DNA of 64,000 bases from Patescibacteria group bacterium (GCA_016861265.1 BOLA01000001.1:395569-459568), one strand, 5' to 3'; counted from the first letter of the stretch, positions 18,678 through 29,461 are shown. The notes: a model not told the origin generated them from the letters alone. Numbers and translations: made by a program.

Positions 18678-19628
18678 ATGACAACAGCAATAATAATTGT
18701 AAATTATCAAACTGCAAAGTATTTAAAAAAGTGCTTGAGATCTGTATTTAAGAATACTCAAGATTTTAAAGTTATTCTTGTTCAAAATTCCCCTGATGAA
18801 GATTCAATTAAAGTTCAAGTTGAGTTTCAGAGAAAATACCCTGATCTAATTCATGTAATAACACACGGCAGAAATTTAGGTTTTGTAGGTGGAATTAACT
18901 CTGCATTTGAGGAAGCAATAAAATATGAAAAAATATGTTTGCTAAATAGCGATGTTGAAGTTACAAGAAATTGGCTAGCTGAATTAAACAAACTTTTAGA
19001 TGATCCGGAAATTGTTCAAATTAGTCCGGATACAAACACTCTTCATATATATAGAGAACCATTATTAAATAGAATTCTAAGAAGAACTCCTTTGGGTGCT
19101 TACAAAATATTATTCAAACCACTTAAATCTTTAGCAGACACTAAAGGATTTAAAGAATACTCTCAATTCTATGAATTCCCGGGAGGCTATTGCAACGTGT
19201 TCAAATCGGAGTTCTTTAAAGAACCCTATTCAAGAAAGGATTACTTTGTTGACCCCAATATTATTCATGGCTACTGGGACGAGTTTGACTTAACAAACTA
19301 CCTAAGATTATTTGGAAAAGTTGGCTGGACCGACAATTCTTATGTATATCATTACTATAATGTGAGCTTTAACAAGATAAAAGAAGATGCTCAAGGAATG
19401 AAAGAAAAGCTTCAATTACTTAACGGGTTATATGTAATGCAAAAATGGAAAGATTATATGTTTAAATCATTATCCGAAATGCCTATACAAGTATTAATAG
19501 ACAGAAACGATTCCTATGTGGTAAAAATGGCACTATCATATTTGGGAATTCTTCAAACAAATCCGAATGCGGAGGAATATATAAATTCAATACCCGCAAA
19601 AGAAATAGGAGAAAAATTCTTAAAATAA
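18678..19628 (+). CDS. glycosyltransferase family 2
   Basis: N-terminal AIIIVNYQTAKYLKKCLRS (GT2 IIVNYN-type start) and a downstream DxD region. Confidence 0.65.
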   Translation: MTTAIIIVNYQTAKYLKKCLRSVFKNTQDFKVILVQNSPDEDSIKVQVEFQRKYPDLIHVITHGRNLGFVGGINSAFEEAIKYEKICLLNSDVEVTRNWLAELNKLLDDPEIVQISPDTNTLHIYREPLLNRILRRTPLGAYKILFKPLKSLADTKGFKEYSQFYEFPGGYCNVFKSEFFKEPYSRKDYFVDPNIIHGYWDEFDLTNYLRLFGKVGWTDNSYVYHYYNVSFNKIKEDAQGMKEKLQLLNGLYVMQKWKDYMFKSLSEMPIQVLIDRNDSYVVKMALSYLGILQTNPNAEEYINSIPAKEIGEKFLK

Positions 19629-19646
19629 TATTTATAATTAAAAAAT

Positions 19647-20639
19647 TTGCTTATGAAATTAGCTGTAGTTACCGGTTCGGCCGGATTTATAGGGACCAAT
19701 CTTGTGAAATTATTACTTGAGAAAGAATACTATGTTATAGGTATTGATAATTTTTACTCCAGTGAACAATGGAAGTCTGAACTTTTTAAGGAAAATGATA
19801 ACTACGAGTTTATAATGCATGACATTGTAAAACCATATATTGATATTGTAGAAAATTCCAGACTATTTAAATTGCATGGTAAAGTTGATGAAATCTATAA
19901 TTTAGCATGTCCTGCATCTCCACCTAGATATATTGATTTATCTTTGGAGACAATTAGAATTAATACCGACGGAGTGTTCAATGCACTAGAATTAGCAAAA
20001 AAACATAATGCAAAAATATTGCATACTTCAACTTCCGAAGTATACGGTGATCCTCTTGTTCATCCACAGGTAGAAAGTTATAGAGGTAATGTTAATACCG
20101 TTGGGCCACGAAGCTGCTACGACGAAGGGAAAAGAATTAGCGAGACCATTTGTTACGAATATAAAAGATTATTCAATACAAAAATTAAGTTAGTTAGAAT
20201 TTTTAATACTTATGGTCCTTACATGGACCCTAACGATGGTAGAGTTATTACCAATTTTATTAATCAGGCTTTAAAGGGTGAAAATCTAACAATATACGAA
20301 GAAGGCAAGCAAACCAGATCTTTTCAATATATTGATGATTTATTAGAAGCGTTCCTAAAATTAATGGCAACGGAAGATGACTTTTATGGACCAATAAATT
20401 TGGGTAATCCGGACGAATTTACAATAAAAGAATTAGCTGAGATAGTGCTTGAGCTGATTGAGTCAAAAAGTCAAATTGATTATATAAAAATGGATGCCAA
20501 TAACCCATATAAATCATCACACGATCCGCAGCAACGAAGACCAGATATAAGTCTTGCAAAAGAAAAGTTGAACTGGGAGCCTAAAATAAAATTAAGAGAT
20601 GGTTTAGTAAAAACAATTGAATACTATAAAAGTCTGTAA
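19647..20639 (+). CDS. UDP-glucuronate decarboxylase (UDP-xylose synthase), NAD-dependent epimerase/dehydratase family
   Basis: VVTGSAGFIGTNL Rossmann motif and a YDEGKR catalytic region typical of UXS-type decarboxylases (YxxxK active site). 330 aa. Confidence 0.75.
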   Translation: MLMKLAVVTGSAGFIGTNLVKLLLEKEYYVIGIDNFYSSEQWKSELFKENDNYEFIMHDIVKPYIDIVENSRLFKLHGKVDEIYNLACPASPPRYIDLSLETIRINTDGVFNALELAKKHNAKILHTSTSEVYGDPLVHPQVESYRGNVNTVGPRSCYDEGKRISETICYEYKRLFNTKIKLVRIFNTYGPYMDPNDGRVITNFINQALKGENLTIYEEGKQTRSFQYIDDLLEAFLKLMATEDDFYGPINLGNPDEFTIKELAEIVLELIESKSQIDYIKMDANNPYKSSHDPQQRRPDISLAKEKLNWEPKIKLRDGLVKTIEYYKSL

Positions 20640-20642
20640 CTT

Positions 20643-20665
20643 AAAGCGCGGCAAAGCCGCGCTTT
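20643..20665. terminator. bidirectional intrinsic terminator
   Basis: Perfect hairpin aaagcgcggc-aaa-gccgcgcttt between convergent genes. Confidence 0.65.
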
Positions 20666-22187
20666 ATTCTCGCTTAAGGATTTGAAATCCTTTGTACTGC
20701 TCTACTTCAATAAAATTATCATCAATTTCTGTTTTTAAACTTGGTTTAATTGCCAAGTCACTTTGAAGAAAAATTATATCGGCAGAAAGAATGTTTGCTT
20801 TTTCCTTCTCATACATTTCTTCTGTAAAATACATTTGTACATAAAAGAAATAATTATTAATAAAGTGAAGCTTGCTGAATGTGAATACCCAGGTATTAGA
20901 TGTATATAAATAAGGTCTTTTATAGTCTGAGTATTTGTTTACAATATATTCCGAAAAATTTTCAGTTAAATTATCTTTTTGAAAGAATAAACTTTCTACT
21001 TTATTTGTATCTTGGAAAAATGAACTGTAATAGAAATATGGAGATAACGATATATTTAATACTTTACCAACATTGCCCTCCTGCTCTGTAAAAAGGAAAA
21101 GCAGCAATCCAAATCCCGAAATAAAAATTAGAAGTTTTGTAAATTTAAAAAATATTTGAGTTGTCTTCTTAAAGTTATTTACAAAATATATTAATAGAAA
21201 TAATATTCCAGGCATTAACTGTAATAAATAATGCGGATAACTCCTTTGAGGATACAGTACAAGAAAAATCTCAAAAATAATTATATTGATTAGTACATAA
21301 TTCTGATGAGTGAGTATGTTTCTTTTATTAAGAAAAACATATTTAAATGATACTGCCGCAACTGCACCTCCAAATAGAATTAACAAAAGCAGACTTCGAC
21401 CTATCACACTACCTAGAATGTTTACTGTATATGTAGTCTGGTCCGCATAACCAAAGTTAATAGTGATTAGAGTCTTGTATGCTTCTTCTAAATTTCCGCT
21501 TATTATGAATACAAAAATCAGTATTAACAAAGGGACAAGAAACCCCACCAAAAACTTTACTAAGTCCTTGATCAACAGCTTTCTATTGCTAATCAAGATT
21601 GAGAATATATAAATACCTGTAACAAACAAGATCTCTGCAAATGCTTGGAATTTAAAACAAAAGCTCAGAAACAACAGGAAACCTTCAAAGTAGGAAAGTC
21701 TATTATTTAATATCCTAAGAAAAAATAGAGATATTATTGGGACAAAAAAGACTTCAACGTTTACTGTATTACCTTCTAAGACGGGAAGTACAAGTAATAA
21801 GGAAATAATTGATAATACAAAACTTGAGGTTTTCTTACCTACTCCTAGCTTCTTTAATATATGATAAAAAATTATTATATTCAGAATCTTAATTACAATT
21901 GCTGCACATCTGAGAAAGAACATACCACTAATAGGCCCCAGAACAGATGTAACCATATAAATAATATAGATTAGTGGGGGTTTATGGTCCCAAACATCTT
22001 GATATAAAACCTCTCCGCTTAACATTGAGTGGGCAACAGCAGCATATACTCCTTCGTCAATTTCAAAGTATTTCTGAAATAAGTGAGGAATACTCAATAC
22101 TATAAGTAATAAGATTGGGATAAATAGTGTGGATCTAAAAATCTTACTAAGGCTATTTAATTTCATATACAAATACCTTATTATCAA
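20664..22187 (-). CDS. polytopic membrane protein, GT-C-fold glycosyltransferase-like (ArnT/PMT-type)
   Basis: 507 aa with more than 10 predicted TM helices. A periplasmic-loop D/E-rich N-terminal region is typical of GT-C (GT39/GT83-like) enzymes. Confidence 0.5.
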   Translation of the reverse strand: MIIRYLYMKLNSLSKIFRSTLFIPILLLIVLSIPHLFQKYFEIDEGVYAAVAHSMLSGEVLYQDVWDHKPPLIYIIYMVTSVLGPISGMFFLRCAAIVIKILNIIIFYHILKKLGVGKKTSSFVLSIISLLLVLPVLEGNTVNVEVFFVPIISLFFLRILNNRLSYFEGFLLFLSFCFKFQAFAEILFVTGIYIFSILISNRKLLIKDLVKFLVGFLVPLLILIFVFIISGNLEEAYKTLITINFGYADQTTYTVNILGSVIGRSLLLLILFGGAVAAVSFKYVFLNKRNILTHQNYVLINIIIFEIFLVLYPQRSYPHYLLQLMPGILFLLIYFVNNFKKTTQIFFKFTKLLIFISGFGLLLFLFTEQEGNVGKVLNISLSPYFYYSSFFQDTNKVESLFFQKDNLTENFSEYIVNKYSDYKRPYLYTSNTWVFTFSKLHFINNYFFYVQMYFTEEMYEKEKANILSADIIFLQSDLAIKPSLKTEIDDNFIEVEQYKGFQILKRE

Positions 22188-23550
22188 ACTCCTTAATTAA
22201 ACTTGCATTAGAATCGATATCTTCCTTAGTGATTTTGTTTGTAATTGGACTCCATTCTGTCCATACATAAATTCCAGGTGTCCTTAGAGCGTAGTCATCC
22301 GAAAAATAAATCTTTGAATTTAACAAGTTTCTTTGCGAGTAGTAAAGAATCTCAGGTCTATCTGCTGCAATAAATGTTTCTTCCGTATAATTATCTTTTA
22401 ACCATTCACCAGATTCGACAAAGTAACTTTCTACTTTGGGAAACTCTTTGGTATTTACGATTGTCCCAGTTAAATACATACCTAATAATGCAGTTTGTAA
22501 TGCTGAGACAATGACCAAGCTCAATATAAAAATTCGTGGTGAAAATAGTGATCTGATTATTACAAAAATTGAACATATAAAAATAATAAGAAAAGGAATA
22601 ACGGAAACGAAATATCGCATTAGCCCTGCTGTACCAAAGGCTCCCCGACTCCACAAAACCGCTTGTACGGTTACAAAACCAGTAAACAATACGAATGAAT
22701 ATGTAATAAGTTTTTTATTGACTAGTTTATGCTTATATTTACCTAGAAAAAATACTGCAATAATAAAGCAAGTGCTCAAGATAAACTCTTTTGTCAGGAA
22801 AAGTTTTGGATAATCAAACAATGTACCATTGCCATAGTTACCGGCAGAATAAGATTGAAAAAAAGTTCTAAAGTATAGAATATCTCCTGTAATAAAGAAT
22901 CCCAATAAATCCCAAATTATGAATGGCAAGAATGAATATAGAGTATTTTTTACAATTTGTTTTGCAGTTAGTTTATATGCGTACAAAATATAACCAAGAT
23001 AAATAGCAATAAAAAATAGACCTTCAATTCTTGCCAGCACGCTAAGACCAATAAAAAGACTTGCTAACGTAAACTTCTTTTTTGTAAGAAAATAGAAAGA
23101 ACCTACTAATGTTAGTGTGAAAATTGGTTCTGTAAGAACTGATACAGAAGATTTGAATAGCGTTAAGCTAAATGAACTTAATATTAATGCCACAACTGCA
23201 ACTGCAAAATTCTTATAGACATTCAAAACAATTTTATAAACCAACCACGAAATTAAAATAAATATTAAAGTATTAATTATTTCTATAAGAAAAAAATCTT
23301 TAATATTAAATATTTGCACTATTAATCCCAAAGGGTAAATGTAAAGAGGTTTAGACCAAACATTCAATCCTAATATCAGGTTTTGCGGAAAGTCTGCGAA
23401 TATGGATCTTAGTTCTAAGAAATGCATATATGAGTCTGGTTCCCACTCGGTATTATTAAACGTGAATAAGGTTACTAACTTAACAAGAAATACTACTACT
23501 ATTAAAAGTAAGACAAACTTTGTTTTGTTATTTAATATCCAGGATTTCAT
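22153..23550 (-). CDS. polytopic membrane protein, GT-C-fold glycosyltransferase-like (paralog)
   Basis: 465 aa, highly hydrophobic. Overlaps the downstream paralog by 35 nt. Confidence 0.45.
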   Translation of the reverse strand: MKSWILNNKTKFVLLLIVVVFLVKLVTLFTFNNTEWEPDSYMHFLELRSIFADFPQNLILGLNVWSKPLYIYPLGLIVQIFNIKDFFLIEIINTLIFILISWLVYKIVLNVYKNFAVAVVALILSSFSLTLFKSSVSVLTEPIFTLTLVGSFYFLTKKKFTLASLFIGLSVLARIEGLFFIAIYLGYILYAYKLTAKQIVKNTLYSFLPFIIWDLLGFFITGDILYFRTFFQSYSAGNYGNGTLFDYPKLFLTKEFILSTCFIIAVFFLGKYKHKLVNKKLITYSFVLFTGFVTVQAVLWSRGAFGTAGLMRYFVSVIPFLIIFICSIFVIIRSLFSPRIFILSLVIVSALQTALLGMYLTGTIVNTKEFPKVESYFVESGEWLKDNYTEETFIAADRPEILYYSQRNLLNSKIYFSDDYALRTPGIYVWTEWSPITNKITKEDIDSNASLIKEFDNKVFVYEIK

Positions 23551-23697
23551 AAATATATATTATCAATTCTTTTAGATATTAACCTAAAAAATTTTATATT
23601 CATAACCTATAGCGTTAATTGAGTAATTTTTTTGAATAATTATGATAGTATTTTTATTAGTCTAGAACTAGACTGTAAATAATATTCATTTTAAATT

Positions 23698-25284
23698 ATG
23701 GGAAATTCGTCTCAACTAAAACTAATTGGCATATCATTCTTTAATAGACTAATTACAATCTTAAGAAAGTACGGATTACTTATAATATTTTTACTAGCAT
23801 ATCTGCTACTATCACTACTCACCTATAAAGATTATGGAATTACCTGGGACGAAAGAGATGTTTATACATATGGAGAACAGTACTATCTACACTCAACAGG
23901 AAAACCATCTTCCTTTTTTGACCGAGATCTTGGAAGTGCACAGAATGAAAATTTATTAGTACTATACAATCATTTCTATCCTGGCGTTATTTTTGCAATT
24001 AATTACTTTATTAGTGGTAGTAGAGAAATAAATTACACCAACATGCATTTAATCAATCTATGCATGGCATCGTTTATTTTTATTGCAGCTTACGTTGTTT
24101 TATTAAAGAAATATAAAAAATCGACAACAGCAATTCTAGGTCCATTATTCTTGTTACTACTTCCTAGATTCATAGGCGATATACCAACTAATGTTCGTGA
24201 TGTAAGTTTTGCGATTTTCTTCTTTATTGCAATTTCACTTATATATAAGTTTTATCCTAATATTGATAGATTCAAACTAATTATACTTGGGTTAATATTT
24301 GGTCTTACCCAAAGCTCTAGAGTAGTTGGGTTTACACTCTACTTTATTTACTTTACGTATGCGTTGTTAATCTTTTATCGTGATAATAAAAAAATCACGT
24401 TTAAAATAGTACGCAAATTAGTAATTGATTTAGTAATAATTGGAATGATTGCACTACTTGTGAATGTAATCACCTCTCCATATTTAGGCTCAAACTTTTT
24501 AGTCAATTTTATAAATAGTATTAAGTATTCTAGGGCAATTTCTAGCCAGGGTGAAATGTTATTTAATGGAGAAAATGTAATTTATTCCGATGCAGGATTG
24601 GCTTACCTACCTACATTATTTATGATTACTACGCCAATAATGTTTATGTTGTTATCCGGCTATTCATTTTACAGATTAATACGAAACAAACTAGAAAATA
24701 ATCTGCTTCTAATCTTCTGGATTGCAATAGTTTACAGTTTTGGCCTTTACTTTATATCCAGGCCCATAATATTTGATGGCATTCGTCACTTTCTATTCTT
24801 ACTACCTTTAATTTCTATAGTATCTACAATAGGGATTATCGAAATTGCGAAAACACGAAATAAAACAGTAAGATTAGCTACAGTTGCCTTTATAGCACTT
24901 AATTCACTGCTTGTAATAATACAATATGCACGCTTATATCCTTATCAATATATATATTTTAATGAGTTAATCGGATATACAAGCGGTGCCTATCAAAAGT
25001 ATGAAAATGACTATTGGGGAGCAAGCTATAAGGAAGCTATACAGTGGCTAGTAGATAATCAAATAAATGCAAACGATAACTATACAATTAATACATGTGC
25101 ACACCCTATGCAAAGTATCTACTATCTTCCCGACAATTTAAAATGGACGGACAAAACTAGCGATGCAGATTTCTTTGTGTGTTACGGTAGAACTAACGAA
25201 AACTTGAAAGTCGACCAGAGTAAATTAATACATGTTATAACTAGAGAAAATGTTCCACTGAATTACATTTACAAGTTAAAATAA
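23698..25284 (+). CDS. polytopic membrane protein, GT-C-fold glycosyltransferase-like (paralog)
   Basis: 528 aa, with an N-terminal TM bundle and a C-terminal soluble domain, as in ArnT/PMT-type GT-C enzymes. Confidence 0.5.
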   Translation: MGNSSQLKLIGISFFNRLITILRKYGLLIIFLLAYLLLSLLTYKDYGITWDERDVYTYGEQYYLHSTGKPSSFFDRDLGSAQNENLLVLYNHFYPGVIFAINYFISGSREINYTNMHLINLCMASFIFIAAYVVLLKKYKKSTTAILGPLFLLLLPRFIGDIPTNVRDVSFAIFFFIAISLIYKFYPNIDRFKLIILGLIFGLTQSSRVVGFTLYFIYFTYALLIFYRDNKKITFKIVRKLVIDLVIIGMIALLVNVITSPYLGSNFLVNFINSIKYSRAISSQGEMLFNGENVIYSDAGLAYLPTLFMITTPIMFMLLSGYSFYRLIRNKLENNLLLIFWIAIVYSFGLYFISRPIIFDGIRHFLFLLPLISIVSTIGIIEIAKTRNKTVRLATVAFIALNSLLVIIQYARLYPYQYIYFNELIGYTSGAYQKYENDYWGASYKEAIQWLVDNQINANDNYTINTCAHPMQSIYYLPDNLKWTDKTSDADFFVCYGRTNENLKVDQSKLIHVITRENVPLNYIYKLK

Positions 25285-25327
25285 CTAAAGAATAATTAAT
25301 ATATCATTTTTAAATTAAAACATTGCA

Positions 25328-26062
25328 ATGAAAACGCTATCAATAGTAATACCAGTCTATAACGAGGAAAAGACATTAGAAATACTTGTGAATAAAGTAT
25401 TGGAAGTAAAATTTCCTTCTGAAATTCAAACAGAAATTATTTTGGTTAATGATGGATCAAAGGACAAAAGTGGGGAGATAATGGATGAACTTGCAAGAAG
25501 GCATGACAATATAAAGTCTTATCATAACGAAAAAAACTCAGGGAAAACACAGACTGTAAAGAATGGGTTAAGTTATACCACAGGCGAGATTGTTGTTATT
25601 CAAGATGCAGACCTAGAATACGAACCCAATGAATTGGCAGAAATGCTTGAGGTAATGATGAGTAATAACCTAGATGTAGTCTACGGAAATAGATTCGGAA
25701 AGAAGAACAAAGTGATCTATCTACAAAATTACATTGGCAACAAAGCGTTATCGTTTTTTTCAAATGTGTTTACTTACCCTAGAATTAAAACCTACATCCC
25801 TGACATGGAAGTTTGCTACAAAATGATGCCGGGATCAGTTGCAAGGGAACTAGGGAAAACAATTACATCTACTAGCAAATTTGGCTTAGAACCAGAAATT
25901 ACTGCTAAGCTTTCAAAGTATAAATTGAATGGCAAACATTTAAAGTTTGGAATTGTTCCTATTAGTTACTACCCAAGGACAATAGCTGAAGGGAAAAAAA
26001 TGAGTGCATTCAGCGATGGGGCTAAGGCATTAAAAGAAATAATTGAATATAATTTAAAATAA
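25328..26062 (+). CDS. GT2 polyprenyl-phosphate sugar synthase-like (Dpm1/GtrB/ArnC-like)
   Basis: LSIVIPVYNEEKTLE...VNDGSKD...VIQDADLEYEP, a compact GT2 with the DAD motif. Its size and motifs are typical of polyprenyl-P-mannose/glucose synthases. Confidence 0.7.
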   Translation: MKTLSIVIPVYNEEKTLEILVNKVLEVKFPSEIQTEIILVNDGSKDKSGEIMDELARRHDNIKSYHNEKNSGKTQTVKNGLSYTTGEIVVIQDADLEYEPNELAEMLEVMMSNNLDVVYGNRFGKKNKVIYLQNYIGNKALSFFSNVFTYPRIKTYIPDMEVCYKMMPGSVARELGKTITSTSKFGLEPEITAKLSKYKLNGKHLKFGIVPISYYPRTIAEGKKMSAFSDGAKALKEIIEYNLK

Positions 26063-26066
26063 TAGT

Positions 26067-27389
26067 GTGAAGACAATTGCGATATTAGGAGGAGGTTTTA
26101 CCGGACTAACTGCCGCCTACAGACTTGCTCAGAAAGGTTACAAAGTTACAATATACGAAAAAGGTGACTCTGTTGGTGGTTTGGCGAGTGGTTTTGAAAT
26201 AAGTGGCAATAATTTAGAAAAAGCCTATCACCATATTTTCAAAACCGATACCGACATAATTGCTATAACTAATGAACTGGGAATCCAGGACAAACTACAG
26301 TGGCACGATAGTTCTGTATCTATTTACAGAAAAGGTAAATTATATCCATTTATTACACCTATCGATCTAATTAAATTTTCTCCACTTAGCATCTTTAGTC
26401 GAATACGAGCTGGCTTGGTTGTGCTTTATTTACAAAAGTCTAGCAATTGGAAGAATCTACAAGAACAAACAGCTGCACAATGGATGAGAAGATGGTCAGG
26501 ACGACAAGTCTATAACGTAATTTGGAAGCCATTATTACTAGGTAAGTTCGACAAATTCTACGATAAAATATCGATGGCTTGGCTTTGGGCAAGAGTTCAT
26601 ATTAGGGCTAACTCTAAACAAAAAGGAGATAGCAAAGAAAAACTAGGATACTACAAGGGAGGCTTTATACAAGTTGTAAATGCCTTAGAGAATAAATTAA
26701 AGGGACTCGGAGCTGATATTACGTTAAATGCGGCAGTTGATTCCATTAAAACCACACATAACAAGACTGAGATCAAAGTAAATAATCAGCAGTACAAATT
26801 TGACGCCGTACTCTCTACTCTACCTTCAAATGTATTTGCAAAACTAATTAAGGAAGATAGCAAGAAAATTAAAGAATATGTAAGTAAGCTTGACTCTATT
26901 AATTATATTGGGGCGGTATTAAATGTATTTTCTTATCCCGAAAGTCTCAGTGAATACTATTGGCATAATATAAATGATACTAGCTTTCCTTTTCTAGTAT
27001 TTATTCAACATACGAATTTAGTTGGAACTAAAGATTATAATAATCATCATATTTACTATATTGGTACATATGTTCCCCATGATCATAAATACTTTTCGTC
27101 CAACGATAAAGAGATAAAAGACGAATGGTACAGCTATTTAAAAAGGATTTTCAAAGATTTTGAACCTGAAAAAATTATTGAGAATAATATATTCAAGTTT
27201 AAGTTTGCTCAGCACATAGTAGATACAGAATATCAAAATAAAATTCCAGATTATAAAACACCTCTTAAAAATGTTTACTTGTCTAACTTTTCTCAAATAT
27301 ACCCTGAAGATAGAGGTACCAATTACGCTGTAAGAGAAGGTAATAAGATTGCAGAAATCATAGATAAGGATTTACAATTAGCTGAATAA
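26067..27389 (+). CDS. FAD/NAD(P)-binding oxidoreductase (amine-oxidase / protoporphyrinogen-oxidase-like fold)
   Basis: N-terminal IAILGGGFTGLTAAYRLAQKGYKVTIYEKGDSVGG dinucleotide-binding motif. 440 aa. Confidence 0.6.
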   Translation: MKTIAILGGGFTGLTAAYRLAQKGYKVTIYEKGDSVGGLASGFEISGNNLEKAYHHIFKTDTDIIAITNELGIQDKLQWHDSSVSIYRKGKLYPFITPIDLIKFSPLSIFSRIRAGLVVLYLQKSSNWKNLQEQTAAQWMRRWSGRQVYNVIWKPLLLGKFDKFYDKISMAWLWARVHIRANSKQKGDSKEKLGYYKGGFIQVVNALENKLKGLGADITLNAAVDSIKTTHNKTEIKVNNQQYKFDAVLSTLPSNVFAKLIKEDSKKIKEYVSKLDSINYIGAVLNVFSYPESLSEYYWHNINDTSFPFLVFIQHTNLVGTKDYNNHHIYYIGTYVPHDHKYFSSNDKEIKDEWYSYLKRIFKDFEPEKIIENNIFKFKFAQHIVDTEYQNKIPDYKTPLKNVYLSNFSQIYPEDRGTNYAVREGNKIAEIIDKDLQLAE

Positions 27390-27403
27390 TTTATACATAC
27401 AAT

Positions 27404-27892
27404 ATGAAAGAAAAATTTACAAAAGTTACTAATATAGTATTAGGTTTAATTAAGTCCAAGGAGTTTCAAAAGTTCTTTGTTATTGGAATATCGACTTTCA
27501 TTCTTGACTTTACTTTACTACAGATATTCCTAAGAGCCTTTAATATACCACCAGAGGATCATGCTAGGGAAACAGTCGCGAATATAGGTTCCTCACTTAT
27601 TGCAATTGCTGTTAATTATATTCTTCAACGAAGTTGGGCATTTCAGTCCAAGAACAAAGATATTGTAAGAGAATCTGGAAAATTCTTTCTCGTACAGGGT
27701 TTAAATTTGGTATTATTCCAAACACTTCTATTTAGTGCTGTGAACTATTTATTAACTCCTGGAATTTCGAAAGTTATTGTTACTGGAATTCAGATCGCGT
27801 TTAGTTTTGTAATGTACAAATTCTTCGTTTTTAAAACCAAAGTTACTACATCTGAGGAAATTCAGGAAACAGTAGCTGGAGGAATGGTTTAA
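27404..27892 (+). CDS. GtrA-family membrane protein (polyprenyl-P-sugar translocation associated)
   Basis: 162 aa with 4 TM helices, a QRSWAFQSK motif and a C-terminal KFFVFK, typical of the GtrA family. Confidence 0.65.
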   Translation: MKEKFTKVTNIVLGLIKSKEFQKFFVIGISTFILDFTLLQIFLRAFNIPPEDHARETVANIGSSLIAIAVNYILQRSWAFQSKNKDIVRESGKFFLVQGLNLVLFQTLLFSAVNYLLTPGISKVIVTGIQIAFSFVMYKFFVFKTKVTTSEEIQETVAGGMV

Positions 27893-29461
27893 TTAAACGG
27901 GGCGTTTGTAACACCTGGACACAGTAAATACATTATTTGTATAAATAACTTCTTTATCACATAATTCAGCGAATTTTGTGATAAATATCTCATTACCCCA
28001 GTTAAAAAAGTCACTCTTAACTAGATAGACTTTATTATTATCTAAATACTCCTGTTGCATATAGTAACAATTTTTAAAATTCAGCGAGTCCTTCATTATG
28101 TATTCCAGATCCCTATTTGCCCACCAACCGCATCCAGCTAAAACTACATCCGGATTATCTCTCTTAAAATTATCTAGGAACTCGGCAGTCTGCAATAAAG
28201 CTGTAAGTCGGGAAGTATCTGATAATTCACTATTATCTCTTAAAGTAATTGCTGCTCTAGTAATTAATGTAAGTAAGATAAAAAATATACAACAAAACTG
28301 GGTAATATTTCTTTTGTTCCAACTCCGAAATACTAGTACAGAAACTATAAATGACATGTACATTAAAATCTGAATTATGTGTCTTAACCAACCATCTTGA
28401 GATATAGTAAACCACCATACTAAATGTAGTAAGGTATTTAATACTAAGGCAAACATAATTACATTAATTCTATTAACCTTAAAGGAACGAATTATTTTTA
28501 GAGATAGGATTATTGCAATAATAAGCGTTAACAACAAGAATATTAATGCGAAAATATCACCTCTTAAATAAGTAGAAAGCGTACTAAAACTTCGATCAAT
28601 ATTTTCGCCTATGACTACTAACTTTGAGTTAATTCCATGTGTGCTAATTAGTTTTGATAAACCGGAGGCTTTAAGAAAGAATTCGGAAAATGATTCTGAG
28701 GCCTGCATTACATTAGATGGTAGAATCTTTTCCCCGAGAAATTTTAAAATTAAATAAGCTAGGTATGTTATTACAAATGATGCAGAAAATATAGAGACTA
28801 ACTTAGCTTTATGTAGTATTAGGTGTCTTTTATGTGAATTAGACTCAGAACGTGCGGCAATTATTATTGTAATAATTGCCGCTGGGAAAAATAAAAATAC
28901 AATAGATTTTATAAGTGCGGCTAACCCCAATAAAATTCCTGCTACAATTAACGCTTTGGTAGTAAATTTGGATAAGAATATTGCTGCTAATATTATGAAT
29001 AGTGCCGAAGGAACTTCGCCTAAAAATGTCACAAAGTTTTCAACAGGAACTAATAGGAATGAAAGTAGCAAGAAAAGAGTCAACGATAAGTACAACTTCC
29101 TGGATTTAATAAATCTCGTGTAAAGTATTGCTACAATTCCTACAAGGAAGAAAGCGTAAGTTATTAGCTGAGGTACCCAATATTGATTACCAAACAATTT
29201 TATAAGCAGCGCTGCAGGCACAACCATAACCGGACCGGTTGTTACCTCTGAATTAAAATATATATAATTATCGTATGAACTTACATAAGAAAGACCACTT
29301 GCTAAATTCTTGGCTATACTTATATTATAAGCATCGTCATATGCAATAGATTGAGTAAATACTCTAACTAAAAGTATTATCGATAAAGACAAGAAAACAA
29401 AAGTAAATAATGCAAAAGGAAAATACTTTGATTTTACAAAGTTTAAAAATTTATTTCTCAT
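27893..29461 (-). CDS. polytopic membrane protein, GT-C-fold glycosyltransferase-like (paralog)
   Basis: 522 aa, more than 10 TM helices. Confidence 0.45.
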   Translation of the reverse strand: MRNKFLNFVKSKYFPFALFTFVFLSLSIILLVRVFTQSIAYDDAYNISIAKNLASGLSYVSSYDNYIYFNSEVTTGPVMVVPAALLIKLFGNQYWVPQLITYAFFLVGIVAILYTRFIKSRKLYLSLTLFLLLSFLLVPVENFVTFLGEVPSALFIILAAIFLSKFTTKALIVAGILLGLAALIKSIVFLFFPAAIITIIIAARSESNSHKRHLILHKAKLVSIFSASFVITYLAYLILKFLGEKILPSNVMQASESFSEFFLKASGLSKLISTHGINSKLVVIGENIDRSFSTLSTYLRGDIFALIFLLLTLIIAIILSLKIIRSFKVNRINVIMFALVLNTLLHLVWWFTISQDGWLRHIIQILMYMSFIVSVLVFRSWNKRNITQFCCIFFILLTLITRAAITLRDNSELSDTSRLTALLQTAEFLDNFKRDNPDVVLAGCGWWANRDLEYIMKDSLNFKNCYYMQQEYLDNNKVYLVKSDFFNWGNEIFITKFAELCDKEVIYTNNVFTVSRCYKRPV

